Source: Phoronis australis (Eukaryota; Animalia; Phoronida). Taken from it: a stretch of 64,000 nucleotides of DNA. The position numbers were made by a program, and so were the translations under genes. The stretch covers positions 1,593,796-1,657,795 of the forward strand of contig NMRA01000029.1 of NCBI GenBank assembly GCA_002633005.1, in the 5' to 3' direction. The notes beneath the pieces are model-generated. The model made no database searches and was not told where the DNA came from. It saw only the letters and a program-made list of their open reading frames with translations. This document shows, piece by piece, positions 13,401 to 27,100 of the stretch (position 1 is its first letter; the number at the start of each line of letters is the position of its first letter).

Positions 13401-16400
13401 CTAATGCTTATATGAAGCTGAAATAAAGTCTGTCTCATTAGATACAATTTGTAATGACTTGGTGTGTTCGTGAGTGCAAATGTTTTGAGAAGCCAGCAAT
13501 GAATAAACCACTGCATTACAGGCTTTTGATGCAAACAAAGGTAATTGACCGGGCACCGAGGCCGTGTGAGCGCATGCTAATTCATTTTTTACTGACAGAA
13601 AGCTGTTTTGAAACAATTACTCGATTTTATATGCTATGGTCACATGTTAGGGGAATCTAGAAATACAAATACATTATTCAAATCATTGTTACTGTACAAC
13701 CTTTGCCCTGACGGTCTGTGGAAGTGGAACGCGACTTCGTGGCCCCCGACAAGTAAGTAGTTTTTCAGTTTCATGGCTAGTTCACATAAATAATTACGTG
13801 CACATTATTTCCTCGGCCCTCTATTATGGTCTTTTCGTGACTGAAGATTTAGTTTCCAACTCAAGCTGGTTTATGTTCGTGCCAGTCCCGGCGGCCGCGA
13901 CGGCCGGGCCTGATCGTGCCACTGGCCGGGATAACAAGCGTTTTGTGTGTTTAGAACTCCAAAAATCACAAGTATAAACAGCACAGATCTAGGTTCTCCT
14001 GTCTGTATTTCAGGGAAGAATACATCGAATTTATCTCCGAACAGACCCCAAATTCCTGCTACGGACCTTGGTAAATTGGCCTGCAGAACTTTGTAGGCTA
14101 CGGTGTGTCCAAATACCAGTAAATCCGTAACTGCGAAGTAAAAGAACACCTTTTTATAAGAACTCGGTGTATTTTTAAGGGTTTTACATCGAATTTTGAT
14201 GATTTATTGAAGTTAAACGATGAATTCAAGCGATCAGCTGACACCACTAACCCGTGCTGTGAACTGCTGAACAGACTGCGTGTGAAACCAATTACGTCAT
14301 TGGGTAATTTCAACACCTCCGTCTGCCGTCAGGTGTCAGGTAACGCAACCGAACCTGCCGTTATCGAGTAGAACTACTCGATCAAAGTTGGTAGAAAATA
14401 GATTGTTTTGGGGTGGCATTCTCCTTTAAAACCAAATAGATTCTGCGTTTAACTGACGCTAAACTGCATCTTCAAAGAAACTTAGACAATGACGCAAATG
14501 CAAAAAGACCCCGAATGTGTACTTGATTGTTCAATAAAATATCTGGAAGAACAGCTGTTTAATTGCTAGACTCGTACATCGCTTTATTCAACATTTGCAA
14601 CCAGCTTTCTTTTGTAACTTGTATGTAACATTTTGACTAAGACGAATGACATTTCACTGACCTCTCAAACGTCGGCTGTATTCAATGCATTAATTGCTTC
14701 CCGCACGCATAACTAATCTTTTAAATTGGGTAGCCCACCAGAATGTTTTGTTGCAAAAAACGGCATAGAATGTGCAGAACTCTAAATTTTGACATCGTCT
14801 ATTTAGCATTGTCAACTACAGTGTACCGTTCTTCCAGACATGACGTAGATATGCTCTTTTCTTTCATCATACAGCATGTCTTTCATAACTTCATAGTCGC
14901 CCAATGTTTGGGTCCTGAACGTTCTTTTCACTGTGACGTTTCTTATGTGGATCTAAATGAAAAATGTTTTGAGAATCTGAGAAAAAAGCTTTTACATCAG
15001 ACACATTATCCATAATTAGTCAATTCTGGCTCTAAAATATATTAAGAATTCAAATTTTAAACAACGACACTAAGCGTTTTTAAGAAGTTGTGAAGCAGTG
15101 TAAAATCTCTAGCTCGGAGGATTTATTCAAAAGGTCAAATATATGCTAACTGACAGCCAATTCAAACTTGAAACCCATAGTTGCTATAATCTTACATATT
15201 CCTCTTTTCTGATTGCATGAGTCCCCCAGGAAAAGTAATGTCATTCATAGAGTGTAAGGACTTCCAAAGCACCTCATTAAAGTGTTCGTGCTACTGACAT
15301 GCCGTGAGAACAAGATATTTTTGGCTGAAAAAAACAACATCAAGAAAGTCAAGGTCCTCATCTGTTTTCTTTTCTAACCACAGGCACGTCATAGCATTAA
15401 AGTTTTACCATTTTGTGCAGAAGTGCGATTTCTCGTTTCAGTTTGGTTCGGTATGGTATACTTTTTATCATTGTTTTTTTTTTCAAAATCATGTGATAGA
15501 CTTGACCAGTTAAAGGGTACCTTTTGGACGCAATTTTGACCACTTTACTGGTTCTCTAACTACATCCATATTTTCAAGAGATCTTGCATTCAACGTCTTG
15601 CGAAATGTTGGTGTTTCTCACTCATTTTGGAGGGCTGCTACGTTTCCTGTGGCTTGGAATATTTGTCAAAATTAAACTTTATGCGCATCTTTCCTACAGT
15701 TTTACTGATTTTGTTTTAACAAGAAATGACAAAAATAGGTTCTTGTATTTTGACTAACGAATATTTGTTGTAATGGGTCTCCTTTTGCCTGTATTTTGAG
15801 AAACCTTGTACGTCACTGACGTAGTCACGAAGGAAGGGGGTACAGCAGACCCCTCACCTTATTCATTGCATAAAGCCCCCCATTCGAAACTCCTTGATGT
15901 TTACGCTTGTCTCCTCAACCCTTTTTACAATGAAGTGCCCCAGACTGCCCTTCATGTCAGCCTTTCCCGGCTTAATAAAAAATTCGCGTTCGATTCCCAT
16001 TTTGAATACTTATTGCTACACCTGCTCTGAACATGGTTTTGATAAAGGTAATGAATGTAAGCAAGCAGAAACTATACTCACGTAGGGGTGTTCTTAATAA
16101 GGATATTATAACCTGGACAAGATCATTCGAAACTTACCTTCTTAAACACACCAGCTGTGGTGCCAGCGTACACAACTGTGTGTTTCTTTATTGTTTTGAC
16201 TGCAATCGAGGACAGCTGAGCATCCACCTCAAACTTCAGTGAAGGCTTCACAGCTATTTTACCCACAACGGGTGCGGAATTGGTGGGATTGAAAGGACTT
16301 GCATGTTCACCACAGGAAATGTCAGAGTAGTCCAGAATTTGAGTCTAAAAACAATTGTGTTGTATGTCAGTGCTTTCATCTGTGTGAAAAATACACGCGG

Positions 16401-17981
16401 TCGGGTACTGTTGCTGACATTAATCCGAACTATTACTCGTACGCTTAAACACATGGGTTGTACAAGTAAATTGACCAATAGACCAATGAAATCGCCGAGG
16501 AGTGGGAGAAGGGCGAAGCAAAACAAAGTAAAGTTTAGGTACGGTTTAACATTGTTCTACTTTTAAAAACTTCATTTTGACATTTGGAATCATGTCGAAA
16601 AATATCGCATCCTATTTCTGCCATGGCAGTGGTAGTCCACAGCACAGGACTGGAACTCTGACATTGGAAACCCAATACAGTCAATACAGACGAGAAAACA
16701 ATCTTGTTTGTTTCTACAGAAATATTTAAAAATTACAAAATTCGCTCAGTCTACCTGACGTTTATGGTCACCTTACTGAAAAGAATTTGCATTGATACAT
16801 TCTCTGTTTAGGAAACATTCTCGTTTCATCTGTTAAAACATATTGCATTCATCACTAAAGCTGTCATTGTCATGGCCATCGCAAAATTTCGAGACCAGCA
16901 GTTTGGATCGAAATATTTTGAAAGTAGCTAAATAGAATATTAAACATTTAATGAAAATGTTTACCTTTTCACACGTTTTTTTGGTATCCTTATAGAAAAA
17001 GGCGTAGGTAGGTCCTGCGTTTAGGTAACACGCATTACCATTTTCGTTGATCTTAGCAGTTATGTTCCCAAATCTAAAGACACAAATGGCTGACCTGTCT
17101 GTAACTCCATTCTTGTGGAACACAGTCACTAGAACATCGTGACCAGATCTGATCCCTATTGCCGAGGCAAGATCACTTCCAAGTTTAGTTACGGTTCCCG
17201 TTCGCACAGTGTCATAAACAGTGGATCCAATGTTACATTCCATTGGTATTTCTATGTAGGAATTGTACCCTATATCATCGTCACATATTCGTGCAATCTT
17301 AGGAATCCATTCAGATTGCTGAAGAACAGTTTGAACAAAGAGTAAATACGTGTACTTGTCCTTGTGGAATCCAAAGTTGTAGGAAAACGTTGGGAATGGT
17401 GTTGATAAAACTAGCTTGCTAGAGCCAACTATATCTAGCTTGTCAACGTTCCTAGTGGAAATCGCTGGTATATTTCCTCTTTGATATCCACCAGTCCAGG
17501 TAGCTCCGACACAAATGGCCTCTTTGTCAGGGATGACAACAGCAACAGTTGATGCTTCTGGCGTGCTGGCTGCTACCATTGTCTCAATTCTTCGATCAGC
17601 CATGTAGTCACTTATGTTGCTCAGGCGACGGACCTCACATGTCCCCTGTCGAACATTCCCGCAAGTAATGAGCGTATGGTTGTGCACTGCTAATATCTTA
17701 TTGTGGTTGTCTGTCATAACACCATATGTACAACTACTTGGTGAACAGTCTTTGCTGTCTATGACAGGTCCAGTTGACACATTCTGCAGCACAGTCAAGT
17801 CACTATCAACCACGTACACATGGTTGACTGCACCGACGGCAAGCCTTCCGTCATTGAGCTTCGTTATATGGTTCAATAATGTGGGCGTCTCTAGCACATT
17901 ACACTCCCCCACAGCCGCCAGGAACATTACGATTCCCGCCAAAAGAACAGATGACGTGTTTTTTCCGAGTAAAATGCACAT
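1257..17981 (-). CDS. Plexin gene A, 5' part (6 coding exons: signal peptide, Sema, PSI1, start of IPT1); continues beyond left edge
   Basis: Exons 16965-17981, 16138-16344, 14827-14952, 8790-8890, 2771-2909, 1257-1401 have GT-AG introns and join in frame (~578 aa). Sema motifs DNHNKIL, LITCGNVRQGTCEVRRL, KIARICDDDIGYNSYIEIPMEC and PSI motif DPHCGWC are present. It is paralogous to gene B. A MET/RON-like identity cannot be formally excluded without its C-terminus, but similarity to gene B argues for plexin. Confidence 0.9.
2771..2909 (-). CDS. Plexin A exon, PSI1 end
   Basis: 139 nt, [34 protein letters not shown]; paralog of 58651-58789. Confidence 0.92.
4570..4860 (+). repeat. Dispersed repeat family Z, copy 1
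   Basis: Shares tcttcattctcggggaacttcaaa, ttatccga..tcaaa, aatctcccgcc..gcacagagcagc and agataaatcctca with ~38838-39330. Confidence 0.65.
6100..7340 (+). mobile_element. Decayed non-LTR retrotransposon (CR1/L2 group), RT and C-terminus
   Basis: Frameshifted RT motifs NYRQVSL, QLDVLILDFSKPFDVVPHQRL, LRLFADECLIY, QDLDALINW, KANRNLGCLRRNL, terminal TIRDW. Confidence 0.85.
8062..8219. mobile_element. MITE family X copy 1 (~155 bp)
   Basis: Imperfect TIR (cagttacgataggacct ... aggtcctatcgttactg); related copies at ~49485 and ~54755 in opposite orientation. Confidence 0.7.
8790..8890 (-). CDS. Plexin A exon, PSI1
   Basis: 101 nt, [33 protein letters not shown]; same length and phase as gene B exon 60343-60443. 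Confidence 0.92.
9121..10725 (-). mobile_element. Non-autonomous Kolobok-type DNA transposon, copy 1
   Basis: TTAA on both sides (9117-9120, 10726-10729); 15-bp TIR AGGAG(C/A)ATGCCACCC; THAP remnant on minus (10552 to ~10340, MLQCIVPACP-stop); convergent KolX-like remnant GYQFEQEYSDEEI at ~10244. Confidence 0.8.
11193..14425 (+). mobile_element. Non-autonomous Kolobok-type DNA transposon, copy 2 (inverted relative to copy 1, with nested insertion)
   Basis: TTAA flanks (11189-11192, 14426-14429), same TIR, THAP CIVPAC...FFRLP...W...RVCGRHF at ~11364-11580, GYQFEPEY on minus at ~13280. Confidence 0.8.
11603..13202 (-). mobile_element. ISL2EU-like (PIF/Harbinger-related) element nested in Kolobok copy 2
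   Basis: AT duplication (11601-02, 13203-04); termini ACACCTAA / TTAGGTAT; subterminal IR ccaaagcgaggctc / gagcctcgttttgg; frameshifted THAP on minus (CIPRC..IPKDVEIRK..WVLAIQRDE); convergent broken ORF from 11688. Confidence 0.7.
14827..14952 (-). CDS. Plexin A exon, end of Sema
   Basis: 126 nt, IHIRNVTVKRTFRTQTLGDYEVMKDMLYDERKEHIYVMSGRT; AG/GT boundaries, phase 0/0. Confidence 0.85.
16138..16344 (-). CDS. Plexin A exon, Sema C-terminal part
   Basis: 207 nt, TQILDYSDISCG...LSSIAVKTIKKHTVVYAGTTAGVFKK; ttttag/gtaagt boundaries. Confidence 0.9.
16965..17981 (-). CDS. Plexin A first coding exon: signal peptide plus most of Sema domain
   Basis: Within ORF 16833-18026. ATG at 17981 (MCILLGKNTSSVLLAGIVMFLAAVGEC, hydrophobic signal-like). 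Donor GTAAAC after ...KTCEK. Upstream acceptor tttattttcag at ~18066. Confidence 0.92.
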
Positions 17982-20900
17982 TTTTACGAAATGTGTGACA
18001 TGCAGTAGCCTACACCCCTCTAACAACGTACTTTAGGATATAGTCGCTCTGGCGTAAGTTCGAGTCTGAAAATAAACTTAATAAGGTAAAGTACATAATA
18101 GTCTTTGATAAATTAATTAAAATTTAAGTTTCAAGCTACAATAATCTATGTGCAGGGCTTTTTCTTTCGTCTTAAGTTATAAATGTGAAATAAATCGATT
18201 AAATGTATAAAACACACAATAGCGACGTCGTCTTGTACTAGCAAATGGTTTCTGTCAGGTGAAGCGGTCCAAATCTCTACAAATCGTGGTGGTGCAGCGG
18301 TAAAGCTTGCGCGCTCTATTCGCCAGGTCGAGAGTTCGAGTCTGTGTGTTTGACACGTTCTACTTGTTTTTTTTTTCTTGGATGATACTTCAGGAATCAA
18401 CAAAAATGCTTTATTTTTAGAGGAAAAAACAGAAAAAAAATTCCTGGCCGGACCTCACCCCATGCGGTGCTATGTGCATCTATAATCGTGCTTTGCGCAA
18501 ATATTTACAGACAAAATGTTGGGCCCTCCTTGTGATATCCTAGATCCACCACTGTATGAGAATAACTTTAGATGACGTATACGTGATAGAAAACTGTTAG
18601 TTTATTTATCATCGTTTTTGCTGACAAATAAATGTCCAGTTGGCTTTGAAACAATATCTACGTGCAGTTTTGCCGAGTTGCTTACGTGATACAATAAGAC
18701 CTGTGTAATGACGATTCTTCGGCAAAAACACGGTATATTATGGTACGTGCTGCCTGTTTTCCCTTTTGCGGTTTACTTAACCTCTGAAAAGATATTTAAG
18801 CATATTTGATGTCTAAGAATTTTCAGGTTTGGTGTTAAACAAAGCACTGAGGACCATACGAATGGATATTGGCATTTTAAACCATAACAAATGTTTTGTA
18901 ATTAAATATGAAGTGGAAAATTCGGCAAAACAAATAAGTTATTCTGGTACCTTATAATTAGCGATAAAGACAAGATCAATGGCACTCACATATATGAACT
19001 AATTTAGAGACAATTGCATTGATACATGTTTCAACATTGGCAGAAATAAACACTCAAAAATGTAATGTAAAGGATTAAGTTAACTGTCTATACCTTTTAA
19101 AAGAAAAACATAGGATTTTCAGAAATATGGTAAGCAAAGTCTTGGTTCATAAGTTGTGTGTTGCTTTCCAGATTACGTACGAGAGATAACTGGGTTAATT
19201 GCGTGCCGTTATGTTGAAAGTTACAGTGCACAAATATGAGCATTTGGTGAACGATCAAACTTTCTTTAATGCAAGTTATTGGAAGTGACATACATAGGTA
19301 ATAATGAAGACGAACAGAAAGGATATCGTTGCACTTCCATCAGCCAAACCACCAAGTCGGTTTTCAGTCTCTAAAGCGTTTCGAAGTACTGAAATGTTTC
19401 TTAAGTTTTGTTTAGTCCTTTTGTTATATTATACATGTACTACGGATCTGCACTGTTAAACAAACTGAAAAAATGATCCAAGGAAATAGTTTGTAGACGC
19501 GGGGTAGATATAGAACACATTAACCATTATGCGATCTGGCACGATTAGACGAGGTTATTGTCAATGACAGAAAAGACACAAATAAATGGTAGTGATATAC
19601 TCACGCTGATTTTACAATTTTGGTATCGGGAAATGTATAATGCCAATGTAAGTTCTGGACAATAAAAACAAACACGACGAAGTCTATTTCAATCTGTTAA
19701 CAAGATAACATGGCAAAAATACCGCCATTGCGATTGTTACGCCTTCAAAATTTTAAAAGTTAGTTGACATAACTGAAAGTGAAAGAGAAACTTAAAAATG
19801 ACTGAGACTCTTTAGTCAAAGATCCTAAAATTTGCTGAGTTTAGTTTGTAACACTATAAAACTAAAATACGAACCCACTGGAACATGATGTTCAAGTTTA
19901 TACCAATCTGTTATAGTTAGGACCATACCACCATAGCTTAATAAAAAGGCATGTATTCATAGGAAAATAATTAAAGCAAAGGTTATTTTTCACGAAAATT
20001 CAAGAATAAATCTCCCTAACAAAGTACATGCATGTCATATTTTTGTGGTTTCGCATTCTTTTGTGCATCTTTAGAGTTTTTTATAAAAAACCATAATCAC
20101 TTTAGAATCTATTTTTGATAGCCTCTCAAGCAAAAGCAGGATTTTAAAATCAATTCCCAATAGCGTTCTGAAGAGCAGGCTGGGCGTGCATTTGGATATG
20201 AAAGAGTAAAGTGTCGCGTTTTCAAAAGAGCATGATGGAGTTCCATACCATATTCCTTGACAGTATGTTTCCTTATAGAGTCCATTTGGCGGTGAAGGTC
20301 CGAAGTTAGTATAGGAACCCAGAAAAAAATTGAAACAAGACCATAACTGGTTGAGGGAAAGAAAGAGACTGTTCATATCGCAACCATGATTGGAAGCAGT
20401 ACAATGACCTCAGTTGTCTATTTCCTCAGAACACTTAGGATATCGTTTCTAATTGGTTGCTGCACAATAAAAGTCAAGATGCCTTAATCTTGTGCATAGC
20501 CCATAACATAGGACGAAGCTAGACAAGTTTCGACAAATTTGCGTTAAAATCAGCTGCAGAGTGATACCGAGAAAGTGAGCCATAAAATGTACATGTATCT
20601 TATTATCTCCTTGCACGAATCCCACTTGAGAAATAAGTAATGTCGTTTTGGGGGTCCGTATAATCTATCTAAACCTTGATAGTGTACTAGACTACTTTGT
20701 ATTCGGTCAACGCATTGAAGCGAGGTGGTGGTTTGATACGTAAGAGAGCAATGGGCTATTTATCAAAACAACGACGTAAACACCTAGTATAGACATGCAA
20801 TACTAGAATAAACGCGCGTGAAATCAATGTCGAATTTAGGGAGAGGATTAATACACCAACATTCCAGGTAACAGCCTTTCAAAACAACAACTAGGAGCTA

Positions 20901-23059
20901 CAACTAAATAGCTATTGCTACAGCGAGGGACGGGGGACGCTACTGTTTTGATTGGTACATGGCGTGTGTCTCGGAGAACTTAAACAGACTTTCCGTGAGT
21001 TGGTACGATAACTGAAAACGCAAACCCCTTCAGACAATTACCACTATCAAATGCATCTGTTTGTAAAAATGAAACTTCCATGAAGCCATGCACTCTGAAG
21101 TGGTGCGCATAATCCGATCATGTGTACGGTTTGAAAACGCCCTTGGTTAAAGTTTTTATAATGACAAAATAAATTCTATATTGGGTGTCGTCTGTAAAAT
21201 TCTATTGCAAAAAGGTAATTGGCTTATCCCGACCACTACACCACGTATGCAAGCTTTCTACGACCGTGACACACTCGACCGTCCTATGAACACTTTGACT
21301 GCAGTCTCGCATAAAATCGTTTACCTGCCGATCCGACTCCCGAAACTTGATAGACTTCAAATGAGAATTTTCAGAATCATGTGGATTCTGGTTATCGTAG
21401 TTATAAAATTTTGACTGGAATCTAAGCAGATCCGCCTACCTCATCCTTGTAAACCGATAAGACGCTCGAGTATCTCGGATACCAGGAAATTTACTCACAC
21501 ACCACTTCCTCGTCGTTTGTTTGCTATTGGTGGCCATTTATACCAAACACTCACTTTAATAATTGTCGAATTGTTAAGGTGTTTACTTATGACCTGTCAA
21601 TGTGCCGGATAGTATCGTCTAATAAATCACACGGTATACATTACACCCGTGATCAAATTCAATTGTCGGATTTTGAGGCTGTAAACAGAAAATACATAAC
21701 ATGGGTGGCTCAAACAGTGCTACGCAAGATTTAAGTCCAGGTCTTTCTAGCTATGAATTAGACATGCAGTCGTGACCAAATTCAGTTAAAGATGCGTAAT
21801 CAAGTCCGGCTGGCAAAAAAAAAAAAACTAACCTGTCGCAACTAAAAGCCAATTGTAGCCATACAACTTTTGGTTAGTCGATGTGTCCGTGGGTGTAATT
21901 GGCTTACGATATATGAAGGTTGCTGTCAGGTTTGGCTGTGTTATCAAATTGTGTGTGGTGATAACAATAACGACGCTTAACAGTGACGGTCTGAAAAGAC
22001 GGCCGATATATAAAAGATGACCTAGTTGAAAAGGTAAATAAAGGCTCTGCAAAATTACGACTAATATTCTCAATGCAAATATAACACTGAGCTGTACACG
22101 TCAATCCCACGACAGGACCTGTGGGAGACTACCATTTTTACACACACATTCACGCTACCGTACTTTTTTAAGTTTAAGTACATAGGTCAACGAATTTGTT
22201 GCATTGTGGATCGTCTAAGCTTTTTTGATGTTTAATATTACCAAGCGCAGAATGCTCGCACGTAAGGTGATCTCGCGTGTACCCTCACAGAGGTCAAGTT
22301 TACGCTTAGTAGTCGAAGCAGTCTGCACGGGCGGCCTGTGACCCAACTGCAACCACCGGGAAAACAATGGCCACATGCAGCCGCATCATTTAAAAGTTTT
22401 ATTTGAAGAATTTGAGATTTTTTATTGATAAAAGAGCTCGACTAAGAGTAACATGGGTCACCAAAGCGTAAACGCATGATGAAGAAAACGGCACGCGGCG
22501 GTTGAAGACTTCGTGCAGCCATGCATAAATAAGGCGGGGCCGCGTATAGTGATACCAGGTCGTGTTCGCGTTAGAGAAGGATCCATTTCACTGAATCACC
22601 AACTCACGTAGCCACTGATGTAAACTTTCTAATATTAAAATCCTTACTAGTTTATGCATTGATCCTGTTTAATATAATGTATATATTAAAGCATCGCCCT
22701 TCAATGTAAAACCATTCAGTAATTACATTTTGTAAAAAGTGTACCCTTTGGCTTGGTAGTGCCTACCCTGGTCAATATGAAATACAATGAAAAAACACTG
22801 TTTTACCGGAATCTGGCGGTTGAAAAGAGTATCTAAGTGGCATGTCGCGTATAGGCCTATATCGTCTACGGACGTATGGTGAACCAAATGGGATTGAACT
22901 TGAAGTCAATCGAAGGATGGCAATCACGGAACCCGGCATAATACGGACCGCACCAAATATGGGTATTCAACGGAGCGTGTCACTGCCGGAGAACTTATTA
23001 TAGACAACGCTTTATAGATTCAGCCAGGTGAAGTCTCTTCTTATTTCAGATCTAGATAA

Positions 23060-23380
23060 AGATACAGATAAAGATGAACTTTATTACATCTCCCTTCAAA
23101 AGTACATACACATGATAAAAACAGAATAAGTGCATTTACAGACACGCTAGAGACCACTATAAAATCATAAAAACTATATGAGCATTACTTTAATTTAGTA
23201 CTCAACGGCATTACCCCTATTTTCTAAAATTAAAACGCAGGTCTTGGCAATCAATCGCATATCTCTCACACTATTAGAACGCACACATCATTTAAATATA
23301 TAAGATTGACATCTAATCGATTAAACAAATCTGATCTAAGGTCAGAGTAAGCTGAACATTGTATCAAAATGACTTCCTGA
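23060..23380 (-). mobile_element. Short 3' end of an RTE-X-like LINE
   Basis: ILIQCSAYSDLRSDLFNRL...LIAKTCVLILENR, then AATAAA and a short simple-repeat tail. Confidence 0.55.
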
Positions 23381-24056
23381 AAAACAATGGTCACTTCTTA
23401 AAATTAAAGCAGAAAGCCTTCGCAATTTATTAGTAGCATGGAGATGCATGCAGATATCATTTTGTGAACAGATTCAGGGCCGGGTTTCATATCAAGTCTT
23501 TCTGTTCGGAGATGTACAGACTCCAGGGGGGCTAATCCAGTCCTGAGAACATATGACCCACGCCTCTACATCTCAGTTTTTATCTTTACAAACGTTCGGT
23601 GGAATCCATTTTCAGGGTACCGTTCATTATCTTTCTTGCGCCTAGAAAACTCTAATCAAAATCACGTTCTAGAACGCACGGTAATATCTCACGCAAACTC
23701 CCAAAAACTTGTTTTTTACCAAGGTCGTAGCCTAGGTCCCAGCGTTGCTGAACTCTACAAAGGCTTCACACGGTCGCAAGGACTTTGGTTTCGCCACCAC
23801 TGTTCCTTACCCAAATTTTGCAAGGAAGGTTCCCTGTGGCCGCGAGACAAGAACAATGATTTGTGAGGGCTCCTAAGCTGTAATTATGTTAAACAGCTTA
23901 GTAGATAATTGTGCACTCTCACAACTTTTGTTGTAATGCTGTCCAACACGATACATCCTAGTTTAATACTTCAAAGACAACAGAAGCACTCGAAATTAAT
24001 AGATATGGTCCAAAGGCTCCAAACGTCAGTCAGCCATTGTTTGTGTATCTCCAACA

Positions 24057-24143
24057 TTAATTGTATACAGCAGACTTCACTCGTTCCAGTTTCTGTGGCA
24101 GTTGCGCCTTTGTAACAACAGAGTCTTCTAGTGCCGATGTGAT
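24057..24143 (-). CDS. Plexin B terminal coding exon
   Basis: tttttttcag then [28 protein letters not shown]-stop. Confidence 0.85.
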   Translation of the reverse strand: MTSALEDSVVTKAQLPQKLERVKSAVYN

Positions 24144-27100
24144 CTGAAAAAAAAACATTCCCGTTATTGCTTTGGACCCCGTATTCAGGCACATAGCAAA
24201 AGAGAACAGCGCGTCTCATCCTCTATGGAGTTTGATCAGCGCTCGTATAACTCATACATATTTAGCTCAACAAAGTGGTCTTGAAGACTAACCGTGAAGT
24301 CCCAGATTACAAAGTCTTTGAACTCTCCGTTGTAAGGGAACGCGTTGTTTTTTTGTTTTTTTTTTTGCCTCTTTTTAGTGTCATGTACATTTTCACGTTG
24401 AGGAATTTATTAGACATCCTCAAGAAAGTGGGCTGTGTTTGGTTCAAAATTAACACGACGAACTTGCTTTGCTCACTCGCTTCATATTTCCTCTCTTTGA
24501 CTTTGGCAAGTTTATACAACTTTCTCCCGTTGGAATTGAAACTGACAGCAAGGCAGTAATACCTCGCTGGCAATGGAAGGACAAATAAACAAATTTAGCC
24601 AAAAAACGAATACGAGAAAAATAAAGAACATGTGGAACTCCATAGGGTATATTTCAATAGTAATATGTTTCCTTGTTATGACTGTTGGACAAAAGCGACT
24701 GTATATTATATTGTATAATATTGTGCCCTGGTGTCTCAAACACAGTTTGCTTTAGAAGCTATTTCACCAAAATGGCGCCAATGTTTAAAATCTAATAAGT
24801 TTTGAAAAATCATCCGGAATTACCTCAATATCGTACTTGGTCACGTAGTCGAAGAGCTCTCTCAAGGCCGCCGGTTTGTTGAAGGTTTTGGGTACGTTCT
24901 GATAAACAAGGAGTGAAAACATTAGCTTAGTGACACAACAGCTGAGTGGTAACATGTAACACATGGAAAGAATTCGCAGAAATCTACACCTTTTGAGTGA
25001 CTGAAAACACATTAATTAGACACGTAATACGAGATTTTTTGTTAGAGAAATACTTTTCCTTGTGCCCTCGATAGACCTTACTAAGAATTTCTATCAATGG
25101 GCTCTCAAAATATAAGCCCACAGACTTTCTTGTGGGGCTATAATTAATGCTCCGCTAAATTACGTGTTGGCAAGTGTTAGTCGAGATAAGGCCTATTGAA
25201 GCAACAAATACCATATACCAGATCCTAGAAAAAAACGATCGATTTTCATGGACAATCAATTAAGCAAACGCGAACCATACATGTATCTTACTTTACCGGA
25301 CCCATTTTCATTTTATAAACCCCCTGTTCCTGGAAACAGCCTCCGAGCTTTTAAAGTGTTAGAAAGCCAGAAATTGTTATTGTTTTCATCAGTGTCATAG
25401 AACATAAATGATAAGATTTGATCACACAGCAGACACCCCTAATTATAATAACGTACTCTTGAGATGTCAACCATGGCAGAATGAATTTCCTGTTCACTTT
25501 GAGACGGTAGTTCCTGTACTCTGGCATAAAAGTTCTCAACGGATTTCTTGTACGATACAATGTCCTTGGCAAACAGGAGTTTGTTGGTTGGTGAATCCTG
25601 TAATACCCATTATACAAGTGAGACTGCCCCTAATTAATTCTTCAAAAACAAATTTAAACACACCTGAGACCAAGAGCACCATCACAATGCCAATACATTA
25701 AATATTTTGTACTGGCACGCTTGGTGTTTATTTAAAATAAAACTTAACATACTTGAAATGAAATACCTTATGAGAAATATTTGATTCAAACCACTTTGCG
25801 AAAGAAAAATGGAGTTTCAAAAGCGGAATATTTTCGGGTAAGTTGGTGTTTAAATAAACATTTCAGTTATGTCCAGAAAAATATACGAAAGATACCTTGC
25901 CAAGTCTCTGTTCGGCAGTTGAGCAAGAGTCCATGAAAGTCTGGGCAATGACTGAAAGACTCGAGTCGACAGTGGTGGACTTGTGAATGTCGAAGACAAA
26001 GTCAGGATTCTTGATGACGTTGACCCAGAATCGAAGGGGAAGACTGAAAATAAAAATACTGCGTTGTTTGTAATCATACTTCGGGAGTAATTTTAACTTC
26101 CAAATAATTCGAAAAATGGATTTAATTAAACCCAATAATTCAAGCTTTACGAAATGATTAATATATCAGACCGGAAAATGGTATTTGAACAATAAACGTA
26201 AGAGAGTTTATTGAGATTATTCAACGATTCCAATGAAAATGCATTCTCACGCAACAGCGATACATGTAACTTATTCGAGAATAACTATCGTATGTTGATA
26301 CATAGAGCCGTTGCCTATTTCAAGGATACGGATATTCGTACAATATACGTCTTTGCTACATTCAGAAGTCCAGAGAGTTGCCGGTCTGGATTTGTCTATC
26401 TGGTGCAACAAGAGCCATAATTACGTCTGAAGGGCCTACGCCAGACCAGAGGAGCTTCAAACTTTGAGCACAACAAAGCATATTTTTCAATTCATGTAAA
26501 AGCAAAACACAAGAACAAGTCAGTATAAATACTTTTAAAATTGTATTTTGGGCTTCAGCAATGTCAGTGTTTGAGTTGAATTAATTGTACTCGTATTAGC
26601 GGAGCTAACATAGGTGTACAAATTCGGAATTCTGATATTCGTTTATCACGTGGAACTAACAGTAGGGTTGGAGCCCAGAATTTAAATTCTAGTGGTAGGC
26701 CAGGCTTGGGGGTACTTTTGAGGTAGGCGTTTCACGTATTCTCAATGAATCTGGTTTGTTTGTATTTTTGAACATGTTGGAAATGAGAATAACGAATAGT
26801 TCAGCTGCAGCTGTCATACCTTTTTCAAGATGGCCACCCCCATTTTCATTGGAGCGTGAAGCAACTTTGAAATTCGGCTGCGATTTCAGGTAGCCCTGAA
26901 GCAGATTTGACAGCACTTTTTGACATCATTTTTGTTATCTATAGCAAACTGACTTTCAGAGTGTAATGCTGGCTTATGTTGTGCATGGCCTGGGAAATGT
27001 TAATTTTGAGGTGTTTTGCCAGTTTTATCTTACTTTTTTAAGCAGGAGTGAAAGGGCCAGATATACATGTACATGTAAAAAACATCACAAACTTTCTGTA

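Noticed and set aside
20071-20376. 101-aa ORF with a WY..P pattern vaguely like Crypton recombinase
   Set aside because: Similarity too weak; no catalytic motifs recognised
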